64,000 bases of DNA from positions 337,652,001 to 337,716,000 of the forward strand of contig OZ024740.1 in NCBI GenBank assembly GCA_964016885.1. The letters run 5' to 3'. Position numbers and translations under genes: made by a program. The DNA comes from Eledone cirrhosa (taxonomy: Eukaryota). The notes under the pieces were generated by a model. It did no database searches and was not told the DNA's origin. It worked only from the letters and a program-made list of their open reading frames with translations. Below, piece by piece: positions 1-11,495 of this stretch. The first letter of the stretch is position 1. Every line of letters begins with the position of its first letter.

Positions 1-608
1 CAGATAAGCCTAACTGAGGGTCTGCTAATAAAATCTTCCTTGTGGTCCTTGAGGGTGAATCTAGGCTGCTTGGGGTAATAAGGCTGAGTGTGTTTATCCA
101 GACCTAATTTTACCACTATGTTATACCCCTCCAGATTAATATTATCTAAATTACTCTGCGTTGTTTTTTTGTAGTTCCTATGTAGTTCATTATAAATGAA
201 GCCTCGATAGGTTTTATAATCCATACTATATAAGTTTTTAGTTTTGTCAGAGGGGACCAGAATGGATTTATTATCCCTAAAGTCCCTAACGATTGAACTT
301 AGTTTACTCTGAAATTTATTGGTACATCTAGATTTTTTATATCTAATATTCCTAACAAGGGATAATAGCTCACTTTCGAAGTTATCCAACAGGCTATTAT
401 GCGGGGGGCTCCTATAGGTCTTAAATCCATAATTATTAAAACTACGCCTCTCCTCAGGGCTATCATACTTCTTATCAAAGTGGAACGCACGCCACCGAAC
501 ACGTTTTACGAATGAGTTTATGCTAGTTATCAATGATTTCTCATATGAGATTTTAGGGGGGGTGGGAATATTCTTCAAGGAAATGGGTAAGTATGTCTTT
601 GTTAACAT
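1..608 (-). CDS. 5' part of Naiad-type Penelope-like element ORF (inverted copy, runs off the window start)
   Basis: ATG at 608 reads MLTKTYLPISLKNIPTPPKISYEKSLITSINSFVKRVRWRAFHF. Bases 1-533 are the reverse complement of 1574-2106. SLKNIP matches the N-terminus of the second element (SLKDIPIP at 60119). Confidence 0.9.
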   Translation of the reverse strand, partial: MLTKTYLPISLKNIPTPPKISYEKSLITSINSFVKRVRWRAFHFDKKYDSPEERRSFNNYGFKTYRSPPHNSLLDNFESELLSLVRNIRYKKSRCTNKFQSKLSSIVRDFRDNKSILVPSDKTKNLYSMDYKTYRGFIYNELHRNYKKTTQSNLDNINLEGYNIVVKLGLDKHTQPYYPKQPRFTLKDHKEDFISRPSVRLI

Positions 609-681
609 ACTGCCTGATAATATACAAGGACACAAATCCGCGTATATCAAAGTTTAAGCTCAACCAGTGGGAGCCGTATAG

Positions 682-1471
682 TATACTAGGGAAAGGATCA
701 GGGGTGTATAACACTCCACTTATCCAGCAGGCAGTATAAGGTTAGCTCAATGTCAGAGGACAGAGCCGTAATATAATAAATAACAAAGAACGCTTATAGC
801 ATATGCATATCTTTACTTGCTAACATTGTTTCATCCGCACTATAAGTGGGACTCATCAGAGCATAAAGGTTAATTACATACCATACAAGCAATAACAAAT
901 CCAAGACATTGAAGAATGAAAGGTAATAATAGACGATAAAGGATATTAAGGAAGTAAAAGTAAAAATAAGAATACTAAGCAATGAAAAATAAGGGATGAA
1001 AAATAAGGGGTGCTATCAGTCACAGTTGGGCGGGGTGCTGTCAACATATAGTTACATACAAGCATACACATGGATAAGAGAACAGACAAGAGTAGACACA
1101 TGGATAAGAGAACAGACAAGAGTAGATGAGATAGATGGGATTAGGTAAGAGTAGGTAAAAAATAGGTAAAAAATAGGTGAAAAAACAGACTTATAATATA
1201 TATAAAAATAAGAAAATATAAAGAAATACAAAGAAATACATAACAAACTTACATATAAAATATAAAATATACAGATAATAGTGATACAGGGTAAGGAATG
1301 AGATAAAATAATATAAAATTAAAATTAAAAATTATATACATAGAAACATAATATAATATAATCGTACAATAAGATAAAATAAGGTAAACTAAAATCAAAT
1401 AACATAGACTAAATTAAAATAATATAATATAAGATATAATTAAATGTATAATTAAATGTAATTAAATGTAA

Positions 1472-1511
<40 letters not shown>

Positions 1512-1572
1512 AATTTAAATTTAAATTTTAAATTTAAAATTTAAATTTAAATTTAAATAAATAAATAAATAA
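682..1572 (-). mobile_element. Pseudo-LTR (pLTR) of Penelope-like element, upstream of the minus-strand ORF
   Basis: Near-identical reverse complement of about 5489-6398 (the 62-aa spurious ORFs are identical, the 64-aa ones differ by one residue). Contains a hammerhead motif. Confidence 0.9.
811..868 (-). ncRNA. Type I hammerhead ribozyme in pLTR
   Basis: Reverse complement of 6212-6269. Confidence 0.85.
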
Positions 1573-1573
1573 A

Positions 1574-3988
1574 TTGATAACTAGCATAAACTCATTCGTA
1601 AAACGTGTTCGGTGGCGTGCGTTCCACTTTGATAAGAAGTATGATAGCCCTGAGGAGAGGCGTAGTTTTAATAATTATGGATTTAAGACCTATAGGAGCC
1701 CCCCGCATAATAGCCTGTTGGATAACTTCGAAAGTGAGCTATTATCCCTTGTTAGGAATATTAGATATAAAAAATCTAGATGTACCAATAAATTTCAGAG
1801 TAAACTAAGTTCAATCGTTAGGGACTTTAGGGATAATAAATCCATTCTGGTCCCCTCTGACAAAACTAAAAACTTATATAGTATGGATTATAAAACCTAT
1901 CGAGGCTTCATTTATAATGAACTACATAGGAACTACAAAAAAACAACGCAGAGTAATTTAGATAATATTAATCTGGAGGGGTATAACATAGTGGTAAAAT
2001 TAGGTCTGGATAAACACACTCAGCCTTATTACCCCAAGCAGCCTAGATTCACCCTCAAGGACCACAAGGAAGATTTTATTAGCAGACCCTCAGTTAGGCT
2101 TATCTGCCCCTCCAAGTCTGACCTGGGGATTATTAGTAAGGGAATCTTGGATAGCGTTATTCCCCTGGTTAGAGAAAAAACTTTCCTTGAGCTTTGGGGT
2201 AACACTAGTGAGGTCATTACGTGGTTCTCTACGGATTGTGGTCGTGACTCACTAAAATTCATCCAATTTGATATTGATGCTTATTATACATCTATATCTC
2301 CTATTATCCTCAATAAGGCCCTCATCCTAGCCATGCAGAGGGGGGCAATTACTAGGCCACAGATAGATATTGTTCTCGCTGCACGTAAAACCATTATCAT
2401 GTTTGAGGATAATCTATGGACGAGAAAAAACACACCTGATAATTTTGACATTACTATGGGGTCGAGTGACTCTGCTCAAGTCACCGACTTAGTTGGACTA
2501 TACCTCCTCAATGAACTGCATAGTAACTTCCCTTTCCTTAGGGGCGGGTTGTACCGGGATGACGCCCTACTCTCCATAGATACTAGTAAGTATAATATAG
2601 TGCGCATTAGGAAAAAGCTGCATAGCTTTTTTAAAACATTTAACCTATCCATTACTATGGATGTAAATGATAGAACTGTGAACTTCCTAGATGTTACACT
2701 GGACTTGGATAACCATACGTACACACCGTACCATAAGCCCAATGAATTGCTGACTTACGTGAATACCAACTCCAACCACCCTAGGTCTGTCATCAGCGGT
2801 ATACTGAAGGGCGTATCTAACAGAATAAGTTCACTCTCACATAGTGAGGAGGCGTTTGACTCGCAGGCTGATTACTATAACGACGCCTTAGCTAGATCCG
2901 GCTTTAGGGACAAATTGTATTACACCCAGGGAAATAATGGTCCTAATAGTAGCTCTACCAGTGTTGTTATAACACATAATATGTCCATTGGTAATCGAGG
3001 TGTCGCGAATGGGAGGGTTCTAAATGCCGGTGGAATGAAACAGCAGGGCACCATTAGTCTAAGTAATAACAATAGAGGTGTCGTGAACGGGAGGTTTCTA
3101 GATGCCGGTGGAATGAACCAGCAGGGCACCATTAGTCTAAGTAATAGCAATGGTAGGCCTCGCAGCTCCCCGCATGGACTAGGCGAGCATAGGAACCGTA
3201 GAAATAATAATGCTAATAATACTGATGGAAATAGTAAGAATAAAAAGAATAGAAGAAGATTGAATACATACTTCAACCCCCCTTTTAATTCTGAAGTGGC
3301 TATAAATATTCCTAGGGCCTTCTTCTCTGTGCTGGAACGGAACTTCCCTCCTGGTAATAGGTACCACTCTATCCTCAATAAGAATGTTGTTAAACTTTCG
3401 TATTCTACAACCCAAAATCTGGCCTCTCATCTGGCCATCACTAATAATAAGAAAATAAAGGAAGGCCTGGACAACCTAAGCCTAGGGGAAAACATGGTAG
3501 TGGACAGAGTGGGCAGAAACACTGGTGGTGATCATTCTGAGAATAGCATCACCAGAGGTTGTAACTGTAGAAGGGCTTCAGGCTGCCCCCTGAATGGTTT
3601 CTGCCTTGTTAGAAACATAGTTTATGCGTATGATGTGGTAACTACGGCGTCCACTAAGACCTATATAGGATCAACCTCCACCCCCTTTAAGACCAGGTTT
3701 AACTCTCATCAATGCACTTTTAGACATAATAAACTGAGGAACTCCACCTCCTTGGCAGCGTACGTCCATAATTTAAAAAATGCACGAACACGTTACACAC
3801 TTACTTGGCGGCAGGTTGCTAAATCCCATCCATATACTCCTCATAGTAGAGTATGTAACCTGTGCCTTGCTGAATCCCACTCTATTATATTTGCTAAATG
3901 CCCTCTACTAAATAGAAAGTCTGAAATTTTTTCCTCTTGCCCCCACCGAATATTAAGCTCTTTCTTCTACTTTAAACCTGTTAGCTAG
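1574..3988 (+). CDS. Penelope-like (Naiad-type) RT + GIY-YIG endonuclease ORF, lacking the first 25 codons
   Basis: RT motifs FIQFDIDAYY, FDITMGSSDSAQ, GGLYRDDAL, VNFLDV; thumb SNHP; CNC-x5-C-x5-C linker; NIVY...TYIGST..FKTRF GIY-YIG; C-terminal CNLC..E..LLNRKSE..CPH. Confidence 0.93.
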   Translation: MITSINSFVKRVRWRAFHFDKKYDSPEERRSFNNYGFKTYRSPPHNSLLDNFESELLSLVRNIRYKKSRCTNKFQSKLSSIVRDFRDNKSILVPSDKTKNLYSMDYKTYRGFIYNELHRNYKKTTQSNLDNINLEGYNIVVKLGLDKHTQPYYPKQPRFTLKDHKEDFISRPSVRLICPSKSDLGIISKGILDSVIPLVREKTFLELWGNTSEVITWFSTDCGRDSLKFIQFDIDAYYTSISPIILNKALILAMQRGAITRPQIDIVLAARKTIIMFEDNLWTRKNTPDNFDITMGSSDSAQVTDLVGLYLLNELHSNFPFLRGGLYRDDALLSIDTSKYNIVRIRKKLHSFFKTFNLSITMDVNDRTVNFLDVTLDLDNHTYTPYHKPNELLTYVNTNSNHPRSVISGILKGVSNRISSLSHSEEAFDSQADYYNDALARSGFRDKLYYTQGNNGPNSSSTSVVITHNMSIGNRGVANGRVLNAGGMKQQGTISLSNNNRGVVNGRFLDAGGMNQQGTISLSNSNGRPRSSPHGLGEHRNRRNNNANNTDGNSKNKKNRRRLNTYFNPPFNSEVAINIPRAFFSVLERNFPPGNRYHSILNKNVVKLSYSTTQNLASHLAITNNKKIKEGLDNLSLGENMVVDRVGRNTGGDHSENSITRGCNCRRASGCPLNGFCLVRNIVYAYDVVTTASTKTYIGSTSTPFKTRFNSHQCTFRHNKLRNSTSLAAYVHNLKNARTRYTLTWRQVAKSHPYTPHSRVCNLCLAESHSIIFAKCPLLNRKSEIFSSCPHRILSSFFYFKPVS

Positions 3989-5244
3989 CACTTCCTTATT
4001 CCTCCAGTTGGGCTGTCTTGTGTAACTGTCTCTGACTGTGTGTAACTGTCTCCTATTGTTGGTCGTCTATGTATACGAGTTGGTGAATGTATACGTATGC
4101 CTGTGGGAGGATATTGATCTGGATATTGGGGTGTGCAGGGGAGTGTATGTTAATAAGCACCCCTGTTTGGCACAGTGGATGTAACCCATCCACGCTGGCC
4201 TACCCACCATCGGTGCATTGGTGGATCTATCCTGACGTATATCTTGTTGATCTGTACCTCTGTATGCGCATGAGTTGTGATGTAATGTATTTATGTAAAG
4301 CGTGTACTGCGATTTAGGCTGCACTAGTAGAAATTTAGCCTGTAACTGTGGGCGGACCCGTGCCATCCCGCCGTAAGCAGTGGATACGTGGCGCATGTAC
4401 GTGTTGCCCTCATATTCTGTGGTTCAAGATCTACAGGCTGACCTCTGGGAGCTCTTGCCCGGGGTTGTAGTCTTTCTAGCACGATCGGCCTTCCATATAT
4501 TGACGGTCGTTGTTATGATCCCGAAAGTAACGTTTTGGCCCCGATAGCCCTCCGTAGTTACTAACGGTCTGTGTACACTTGAATCGGTCAATGGCACGTG
4601 CGGACATGAATATCTCCGTAGGATTTCAACTTTATTTTACTACATCTCATCGTATGTATTTATTTATTTTGAATGTATTACCTGTGGTGGTGGGTCTGGT
4701 CTAATGTGGTATTTCGGTGTTTAATATCAGCTTTAATATCAGCTTTGACCCGGGTGTCATACGCTGTGTGTGTGTGCGTGTGTGTCCGTGTATACATTTA
4801 TATGTGTATGGGTGTAGGTGATTGTGTGTGTCTGTATATATATATAAAAAAAAATATATATATATATGTATACCGTCTCTGCATGTGCATGTGGTGTGTA
4901 TACGTGCATATACGTGCTGAACATATTGATGTGTACAATCTTGTGATGTCCCAATGCGGTGACTTAATGGCTCTTGAAGCTATTTTTTATATATCTTCTG
5001 TCTTTTTATATATCTTTTGTATGCGCTACAACTGTGTCTGCTTGCTTTAACCCGCCTGCACCTCGCTTGCTAATGCACGTGAATTCTTCTACCTCCTTCG
5101 ATGCACCTCTCTCTGACCATTGGACTCCTGCCCGGGTGTGAACCGGTTTGTGATTACCCCACCGCTCAACTGTGTGAATGCACACCCATGACTTTCGAGT
5201 GAACTTTTGAGACTGCCCAACCTGGGACGCCTCCATTGCCTTGC

Positions 5245-5404
5245 AATGGTCAAGTGATACTGGTGACTGTGACACTTAGTGCCTTCGTGGGCCCCTGATG
5301 TTTTCAAGAAATATATTTTAAAAAAATGGTCAAGTGATACACATAACTGTGACACTTAGTGCCTTCGTGGGCCCCTGATATATTCAAGAGATATATTCTA
5401 AATA
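5245..5404 (+). repeat. 80-bp tandem duplication in the PLE 3' region
   Basis: AATGGTCAAGTGATAC-N8-GTGACACTTAGTGCCTTCGTGGGCCCCTGAT starts at 5245 and at 5325. Confidence 0.85.
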
Positions 5405-5574
5405 AATATATATCTTATCTCAATTTACTTTATTTCATTTTATTTCATTTCATGTTATCTAATTTTATTTATTTACTTACTTGACTCCATTTATTTATTT
5501 ATTTATTTAAATTTAAATTTAAATTTTAAATTTAAAATTTAAATTTAAATTTTATTTATTTATTTATTTAATTT

Positions 5575-5617
<43 letters not shown>

Positions 5618-6211
5618 TATTTAATTACATTTAATTATACATTTAATTATATCTTATATTATTTTAATTTAGTCTATGTTATTTGATTTTAGTTTACCTT
5701 ATTTTATCTTATTGTACGATTATATTATATAATGTTCTATGTATATAATTTTTAATTTTAATTTTATATTATTTTATCTCATTCCTTACCCTGTATCACT
5801 ATTATCTGTATATTTTATATTTTATATGTAAGTTTGTTATGTATTTCTTTGTATTTCTTTATATTTTCTTATTTTTATATATATTATAAGTCTGTTTTTT
5901 CACCTATTTTTTACCTATTTTTTATCTACTCTTACCTAATCCCATCTATCTCATCTACTCTTGTCTGTTCTCTTATCCATGTGTCTACTCTTGTCTGTTC
6001 TCTTATCCATGTGTATGCTTGTATGTAACTATATGTTGACAGCACCCCGCCCAACTGTGACTGATAGCACCCCTTATTTTTCATCCCTTATTTTTCATTG
6101 CTTAGTATTCTTATTTTTACTTTTACTTCCTTAATATCCTTTATCGTCTATTATTACCTTTCATTCTTCAATGTCTTGGATTTGTTATTGCTTGTATGGT
6201 ATGTAATTAAC

Positions 6212-6269
6212 CTTTATGCTCTGATGAGTCCCACTTATAGTGCGGATGAAACAATGTTAGCAAGTAAAG
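6212..6269 (+). ncRNA. Type I hammerhead ribozyme in pLTR
   Basis: cttta-tgct CTGATGA GTCC(cacttatagtgc)GGAT GAAAC aat GTT agca-ag-taaag: intact core, stems I and II, minimal near-palindromic stem III (AACAATGTT). Confidence 0.87.
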
Positions 6270-6393
6270 ATATGCATATGCTATAAGCGTTCTTTGTTAT
6301 TTATTATATTACGGCTCTGTCCTCTGACATTGAGCTAACCTTATACTGCCTGCTGGATAAGTGGAGTGTTATACACCCCTGATCCTTTCCCTA

Positions 6394-6520
<127 letters not shown>

Positions 6521-6602
6521 AAGTATATATTGAGTTAAAAACTCACAATAGTCCCTCATAATTAAAATAGCTCAAGGAAAAAAAAAATTTCCAAGCCTTA
6601 TA

Positions 6603-6728
6603 ATATAATTTAATATAATAAAGAGAGACAAACACAGATATATACATATATGCGGTTTAGGTCCCTTATGATTTGACCCATATATGTATATATCTATATT
6701 TGTCTCTCTTTATTGTATTAAATTATAT
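6603..6728. repeat. Fold-back (about 50-bp arms) in a microsatellite-flanked fragment
   Basis: 6603-6652 is an imperfect reverse complement of 6679-6728. Confidence 0.85.
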
Positions 6729-7041
6729 ATATATATGAAAAACCACAAACCCTCCATCTCAATTCTACTTTTGGAAAGCATAAGAACTGTGAAACCGGTA
6801 AAGGAAACAAATAAATATTCTTAAAAAGACTCCAGTTGCATTTTCAATTTCATCTTTTTTCCTCATACTTTCACTTGTGTAGGACATCTTATTTTTTTTC
6901 ATTTAAAAAAAAACCCTCATTTTCTTATATATATTTGCTCTAGGGTTCTTATATATTTGATATATATTTATCCTTATTGAGCCCTCTTTGGATTTTAGTC
7001 TTCAAATTTATTATTATTACTATATATATATATATATATTT

Positions 7042-7092
7042 AGTTTCAGAAGATCCCGTTAAGGGTGAAAGCAGCGATTCTTTGCTTAAACT
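7042..7092 (+). ncRNA. Degenerate hammerhead (core CAGAAGA) in a TA-flanked mini-fragment
   Basis: AGTTT CAGAAGA TCCC gttaa GGGT GAAA GCAG cgattct TTGC TT AAACT: all three stems pair, one core substitution. Confidence 0.65.
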
Positions 7093-8094
7093 TTAATCTG
7101 TTATTTTAATAAATATATATATATATATATATATTCATAATGAATACATATATATTATATACACATGTATAAATGTATATATTTTTTCTGTTTCTTAAAA
7201 AAAAATGCCTGTATATATATATACTTTATAAATAACAATGAAAAAGTGTTTAGAACATTTAATAATTTACAATCATTTCATCCTAGCAGAAGGCCAGAAT
7301 CATCGGAGTATATAATAAATGTTAAAACCCAAATATAATATCAGAAGCTTGTCATAAGAACATTTGGAGGATACATAATGTGGAAAGTAAGCATAAGTAT
7401 CAGCATTTATATAAGAAAAAATAGCAAAGGTGGAAAAAGTATATGAAAAATATGAACATATAAATGCAATAAAATGAAATTAGGAGCAGCTAAAAGCATT
7501 ATAAATTTTAAAAACATGCTGGTATAGAGAAACAGGCTTCTATAAAGAAGTTAAGTATAGTGCAAGACGTATATCATAATTAGTAAATAAACATATATCA
7601 TAAACATTACCCACATTATATATATTTATATATAGCTGCAATTATATATATATATAGTAGTAGTACATTAGAATTGTATTTGCACTTAGGCAGCACCAGT
7701 AAAAAATTTGAGGTAGACCTTATATACTTGATGATGCGAGAAATAAATCCTTGGCATCAGAGTAAACTCAAATACGGTATTAAAGTGAAACACCATGAAT
7801 AAAATTCCAACTGCATTTATGCCAAATTATAATAGATAACAACAACAACAAATACCAAAGGGAAGATAATTTGGTCTTATATATATATCTAAAAGATGCA
7901 CAAATCAGATCAGTCTATACTCATAGAACATTCATGTGCAACCGCTCCCATTATGAATAATGTATTATAAGCACTTTGGGTACAGCTTTGCATTGTCATA
8001 CGTTCAAATCTTGTCTCATTGAGTGAATAATGAGAGCAACTGTGGATATAGTGAATATTTTCTTTATAACCCCATTTAACTATATATATATATG

Positions 8095-8440
8095 TATGTG
8101 TGTATGGTCCCATAACTCCTGATAGAGTCATAGGGTGCTGTATTGACATACAGTATTGTTGGGCATTTTAAGCCTGGCAGATCCCATCCCTCTCCAGGCC
8201 TGAGTATAGCAGATTCCTTCCAGAGAAAGATAGAAAGTGAGAGAGAGGAAATGAAAAAAAGAGATATAGAGGAAGAGTCAACCCCAGTACTAGACTGGTA
8301 CTTTTTTTTATTGACCTCAAAAGGATGAAAGGCAAAGTTGACCTCAGCGAGATTTGAAGTCCAAGAGCTGAGAGCCGGAACAAATACCAAAAAGCGTTCT
8401 ATTCGATGTTCTAACAATTCTGACAATTTACTGCCTACAT
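8095..8440 (-). mobile_element. tRNA-derived SINE (GCCTTTCATCCTTTCGAGGTCGATAAA central domain, long 3' tail)
   Basis: Homologous to 10180-10470, 33950-34280 and 34297-34645. Confidence 0.75.
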
Positions 8441-9469
8441 ATATATAAACATATTATGTACAACACTTCACATACAAAGACATGGAAGTCCTTTTTTCTG
8501 AAAACTGAACATTTCTCCACAGTTGATATTCACCGTAGACCTTGTAATATTTGTAATGTATCCAGTTTCTGCTGTTGACATGGTTAGAACTCATAGTTTG
8601 CTATTTACAGTCAGTTTACAAAGCTATACTGATTGAGTTTCACTGTTGAAACTACACAATGCTAGAGCCATAGAATATGTTACAAGTAGCTATTAACTTC
8701 AATAGCTTCGTTTGGTCAGATCATTAACAGCTTAACTTAATTGTTAAATACCTTAAGAAGCTACATTAATATTTTATATAATTTAATAAATTAAATTAGT
8801 TTCATGAGATTTTAATGTATCAGGAGCTTTTATCTAAATACATACAAGTATACAATTGTAATTTTATCTAATTGACACATTTTTTTTTTTTAGTTCATTA
8901 GAGTCATTATTTTAATTTATGAAAACATTTCACAATCAATAACATAACAAGATCAGTTTTAATTAATAGACTTTATCCAAGTCAACTTAGATGTAACTAA
9001 TATAAAGTATTTCTACTCTTGTAAATATAAATAATGCACGAGTCATTAGTATATTGGCTTATTAATGAGATGATGATAAAGCTGGATATTATCATTAATG
9101 CTACAACATGAGTTTGGGTCATAGCATTTAACTTTCACTGGCTCAATCCAACTAGCAAAATGGTAACACAAGGAGGTGTGGCTAATCACTATAAAGATCA
9201 ACAGCATGGTAATATTGATTTTTAATACTGACAAAAGGTCATACATTTTTGGGAGCAAAGGCATAATCCATTAAATTGAACTCAGTATTTGATTGTTACC
9301 TTTAGTTTATTGACCCCAGAAGGACGAAGAGTAATGTTGACCTTGACAGGATACGAACTCAGAACATAAAAAATCAATCCATTGACTGGCAGCTTGGCAT
9401 ATTTGACAAGCTTTTACCTACTGGCATTGCTACCCTCATATCTTAGCTAACATCTATTTTACTCCAATA

Positions 9470-9720
9470 GCACTGGCCGCTCTCTGACAGGTTTGCAGTC
9501 GTGCCCTTGGCAGTGGAGACTTCTGGTGTCCTTGGCCCTAGGGCTACCTCCCTACTCACCACCATAGGTGCTGAGCTGGTCAGCCACAGGTGTGAGTCTC
9601 GTGAGATGGAATGACTCTTCAAGTGCATCTGCCTTACCATCCTCCGGGGAAATGTCTTCTCCATTCTGTCCACCAAGGCTGTGGGGAGTCCAGCACATGA
9701 CACCCCATTTGCTCACCATA
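9470..9720 (+). pseudogene. CRE-clade non-LTR retrotransposon 3' (REL endonuclease) fragment
   Basis: Translates to LSDRFAVVPLAVETSGVLGPRATSLL...ICLTILRGNVFSIL, matching the F.P.A.ET.G / AI.RGNA pattern of CRE C-termini. Confidence 0.65.
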
Positions 9721-10179
9721 CAGAGGGATCGGAAGGGCGAGAGAGATGTAGGCGATGATAGTGAGAGTTTGGCTCTTCCATGTTCGGACCATATCTTTGT
9801 GTTTGTGTTTATTATCTATATAATGAGCCATTTTGGCTTTCTATGATGGACAGAAAACAGTGCCAGGGGCAGATAACCCTTCATTTGTTTCTCTCTCGCT
9901 ACTCTTCCCAACTACTGCCACACGTTAAAATATGATGGCTATGTTCAATAATACCACCCGTGATGTTAGTCCTAACCCTACCCATTGAGCATCCCCAATG
10001 GAATTTTATCAACTTTTGTTGTTGTGGTTGTTTACTCCCATGTCAATCTAGATCAAGCAGTCCAATAGCTATTGATGTATATATTATTGAATCATTAAGT
10101 TTTACACTACTCCAGCTTTTACATCAGTAAACATAAACACATATGCACATACACATATGAATGTATGTGTATCCATGTA

Positions 10180-10470
10180 TTGTATGGTCGTGTAACTCCT
10201 GATAGAATCGGAAGGCCGCTGTATTGATATAGGGCATTTCTTGGGTATTTTAAGCCTGGTGGATCCCATCCCTCTCCAGGTCTAAGTACAGCAGATTTCT
10301 TCCAGAGAACGACAGAAAGTGAGAGAGAGGAAATGAGAAAGAGATATAGAGGAAGAATCTACCCCAGTACTAGACTGGTACTTTTTTATCGACCTCGAAA
10401 GGATGAAAGGCAAAGTTGACTTCAGAGAGCCAGAACAAATACAATAAAGCATTCTATACGACATTCTAAC
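10180..10470 (-). mobile_element. SINE, same family as 8095-8440
   Basis: Shared body and tail sequence. Confidence 0.7.
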
Positions 10471-10521
10471 GACTGCTGCTGCTGCTGCAGATGATAATAT
10501 ATAAATGTTTGAGCAAACACA

Positions 10522-10566
<45 letters not shown>

Positions 10567-10763
10567 GATAGATAGATATAGATAGAATAGAACTGAACAG
10601 GTGGCTGCAATTTCTGTCCACTAAATTTCACTCACAAGGTATTGGTCGCCTCAGTCTATAGTAGAAGACATTTGTCCAAGGTGTAATGGGACTGAACCTA
10701 GAACCATGTTATTGCAAAGCAAACTCCTTAAGAACACAAACATGTATATATATATATATAAAT

Positions 10764-11074
10764 GGAGGCACATGGCTTAGTGGTTAGAGCATTGGCCTTG
10801 CAATTGAAAGGTTGTGAGTTCAATTCTCAGACCGGGTGATGTGTTGTTTCCTTGAGCAAGACACTTTATTTCACATTGCTCCAGTTTACTCAGCTGTAGA
10901 AATGAGATGATAGGGACTGGGGTCCATATCATTCCACTGCAAAGTAGTCGTGGAGGTGCCACGGCAAAAAAAGCACCCAGCACTCACTGTAAATGAGGTT
11001 GGTGTTAGGAAGGGCATCCATCTGTAGAAATTAAGCTAGAATCAGCAGGGAAAAGCGAACGTAAAATGAAATGA

Positions 11075-11078
<4 letters not shown>
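10764..11078 (+). mobile_element. tRNA-derived SINE with CORE-like body and RTE-type 3' tail
   Basis: A box TGGCTTAGTGG, B box GAGTTCAATTC, GTGTTGTTTCCTTGAGCAAGACAC body, ends CGTAAAATGAAATGATGAT. Confidence 0.85.
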
Positions 11079-11129
<51 letters not shown>

Positions 11130-11131
<2 letters not shown>

Positions 11132-11290
11132 TTAGTTCACTATACCGAGAACAATTGTTTCACCTTAGCGGATCTTCAGCTCATACTGTTCTCAGTATGG
11201 TGAACTAACTGTTGTGTTTCTACTTCTACCAAACTCGTCCCATGCACTGAGTGCTCTACCACTATGGATATTACCTTCCAGTGTTCTACC
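11130..11290. mobile_element. Non-coding HHR-bearing fold-back mini-element between microsatellites (same family as 42130-42350)
   Basis: Minus-strand HHR at 11143-11185 (GAG CTGAAGA TCCGCTAAGGT GAAAC AATT GTT CTC), followed by an inverted copy of the downstream sequence. Confidence 0.75.
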
Positions 11291-11317
11291 TCTCTCTCTC
11301 TCTCTATATATATATAT

Positions 11318-11482
11318 ATCATTCCACTGCAAAGTGGTCGTGGAGGTGCCACGGCAAAAAAGCACCCAGCACTCACTGTAAATGAGGTTGGTGTTAGGAA
11401 GGGCATCCCGCTGTAGAAATCAAGCCAGTATCAGTTCCCGTCCCACCCTTGCAAGCAGGGAAAAGTGGACGTAAAATGGTGA
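11318..11482 (+). mobile_element. 5'-truncated SINE with RTE tail
   Basis: Matches the 3' half of 10764-11078. Tail CCCACCCTTGCAAGCAGGGAAAAG matches the 3' end of the RTE at 18935. Confidence 0.8.
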
Positions 11483-11495
11483 AAAAAAAAATATA

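Noticed and set aside
6785-6810. GAAACCGGTA, resembling an HHR 3' half
   Set aside because: No CUGANGA core upstream.
7258-7312. Minus-strand HHR (CCGATGA..GAAA)
   Set aside because: Stems II and III pair, but the core is mutated and stem I does not pair; too decayed to call.
10764-10835. tRNA gene
   Set aside because: A/B boxes continue into a SINE body and RTE tail; it is a SINE head.
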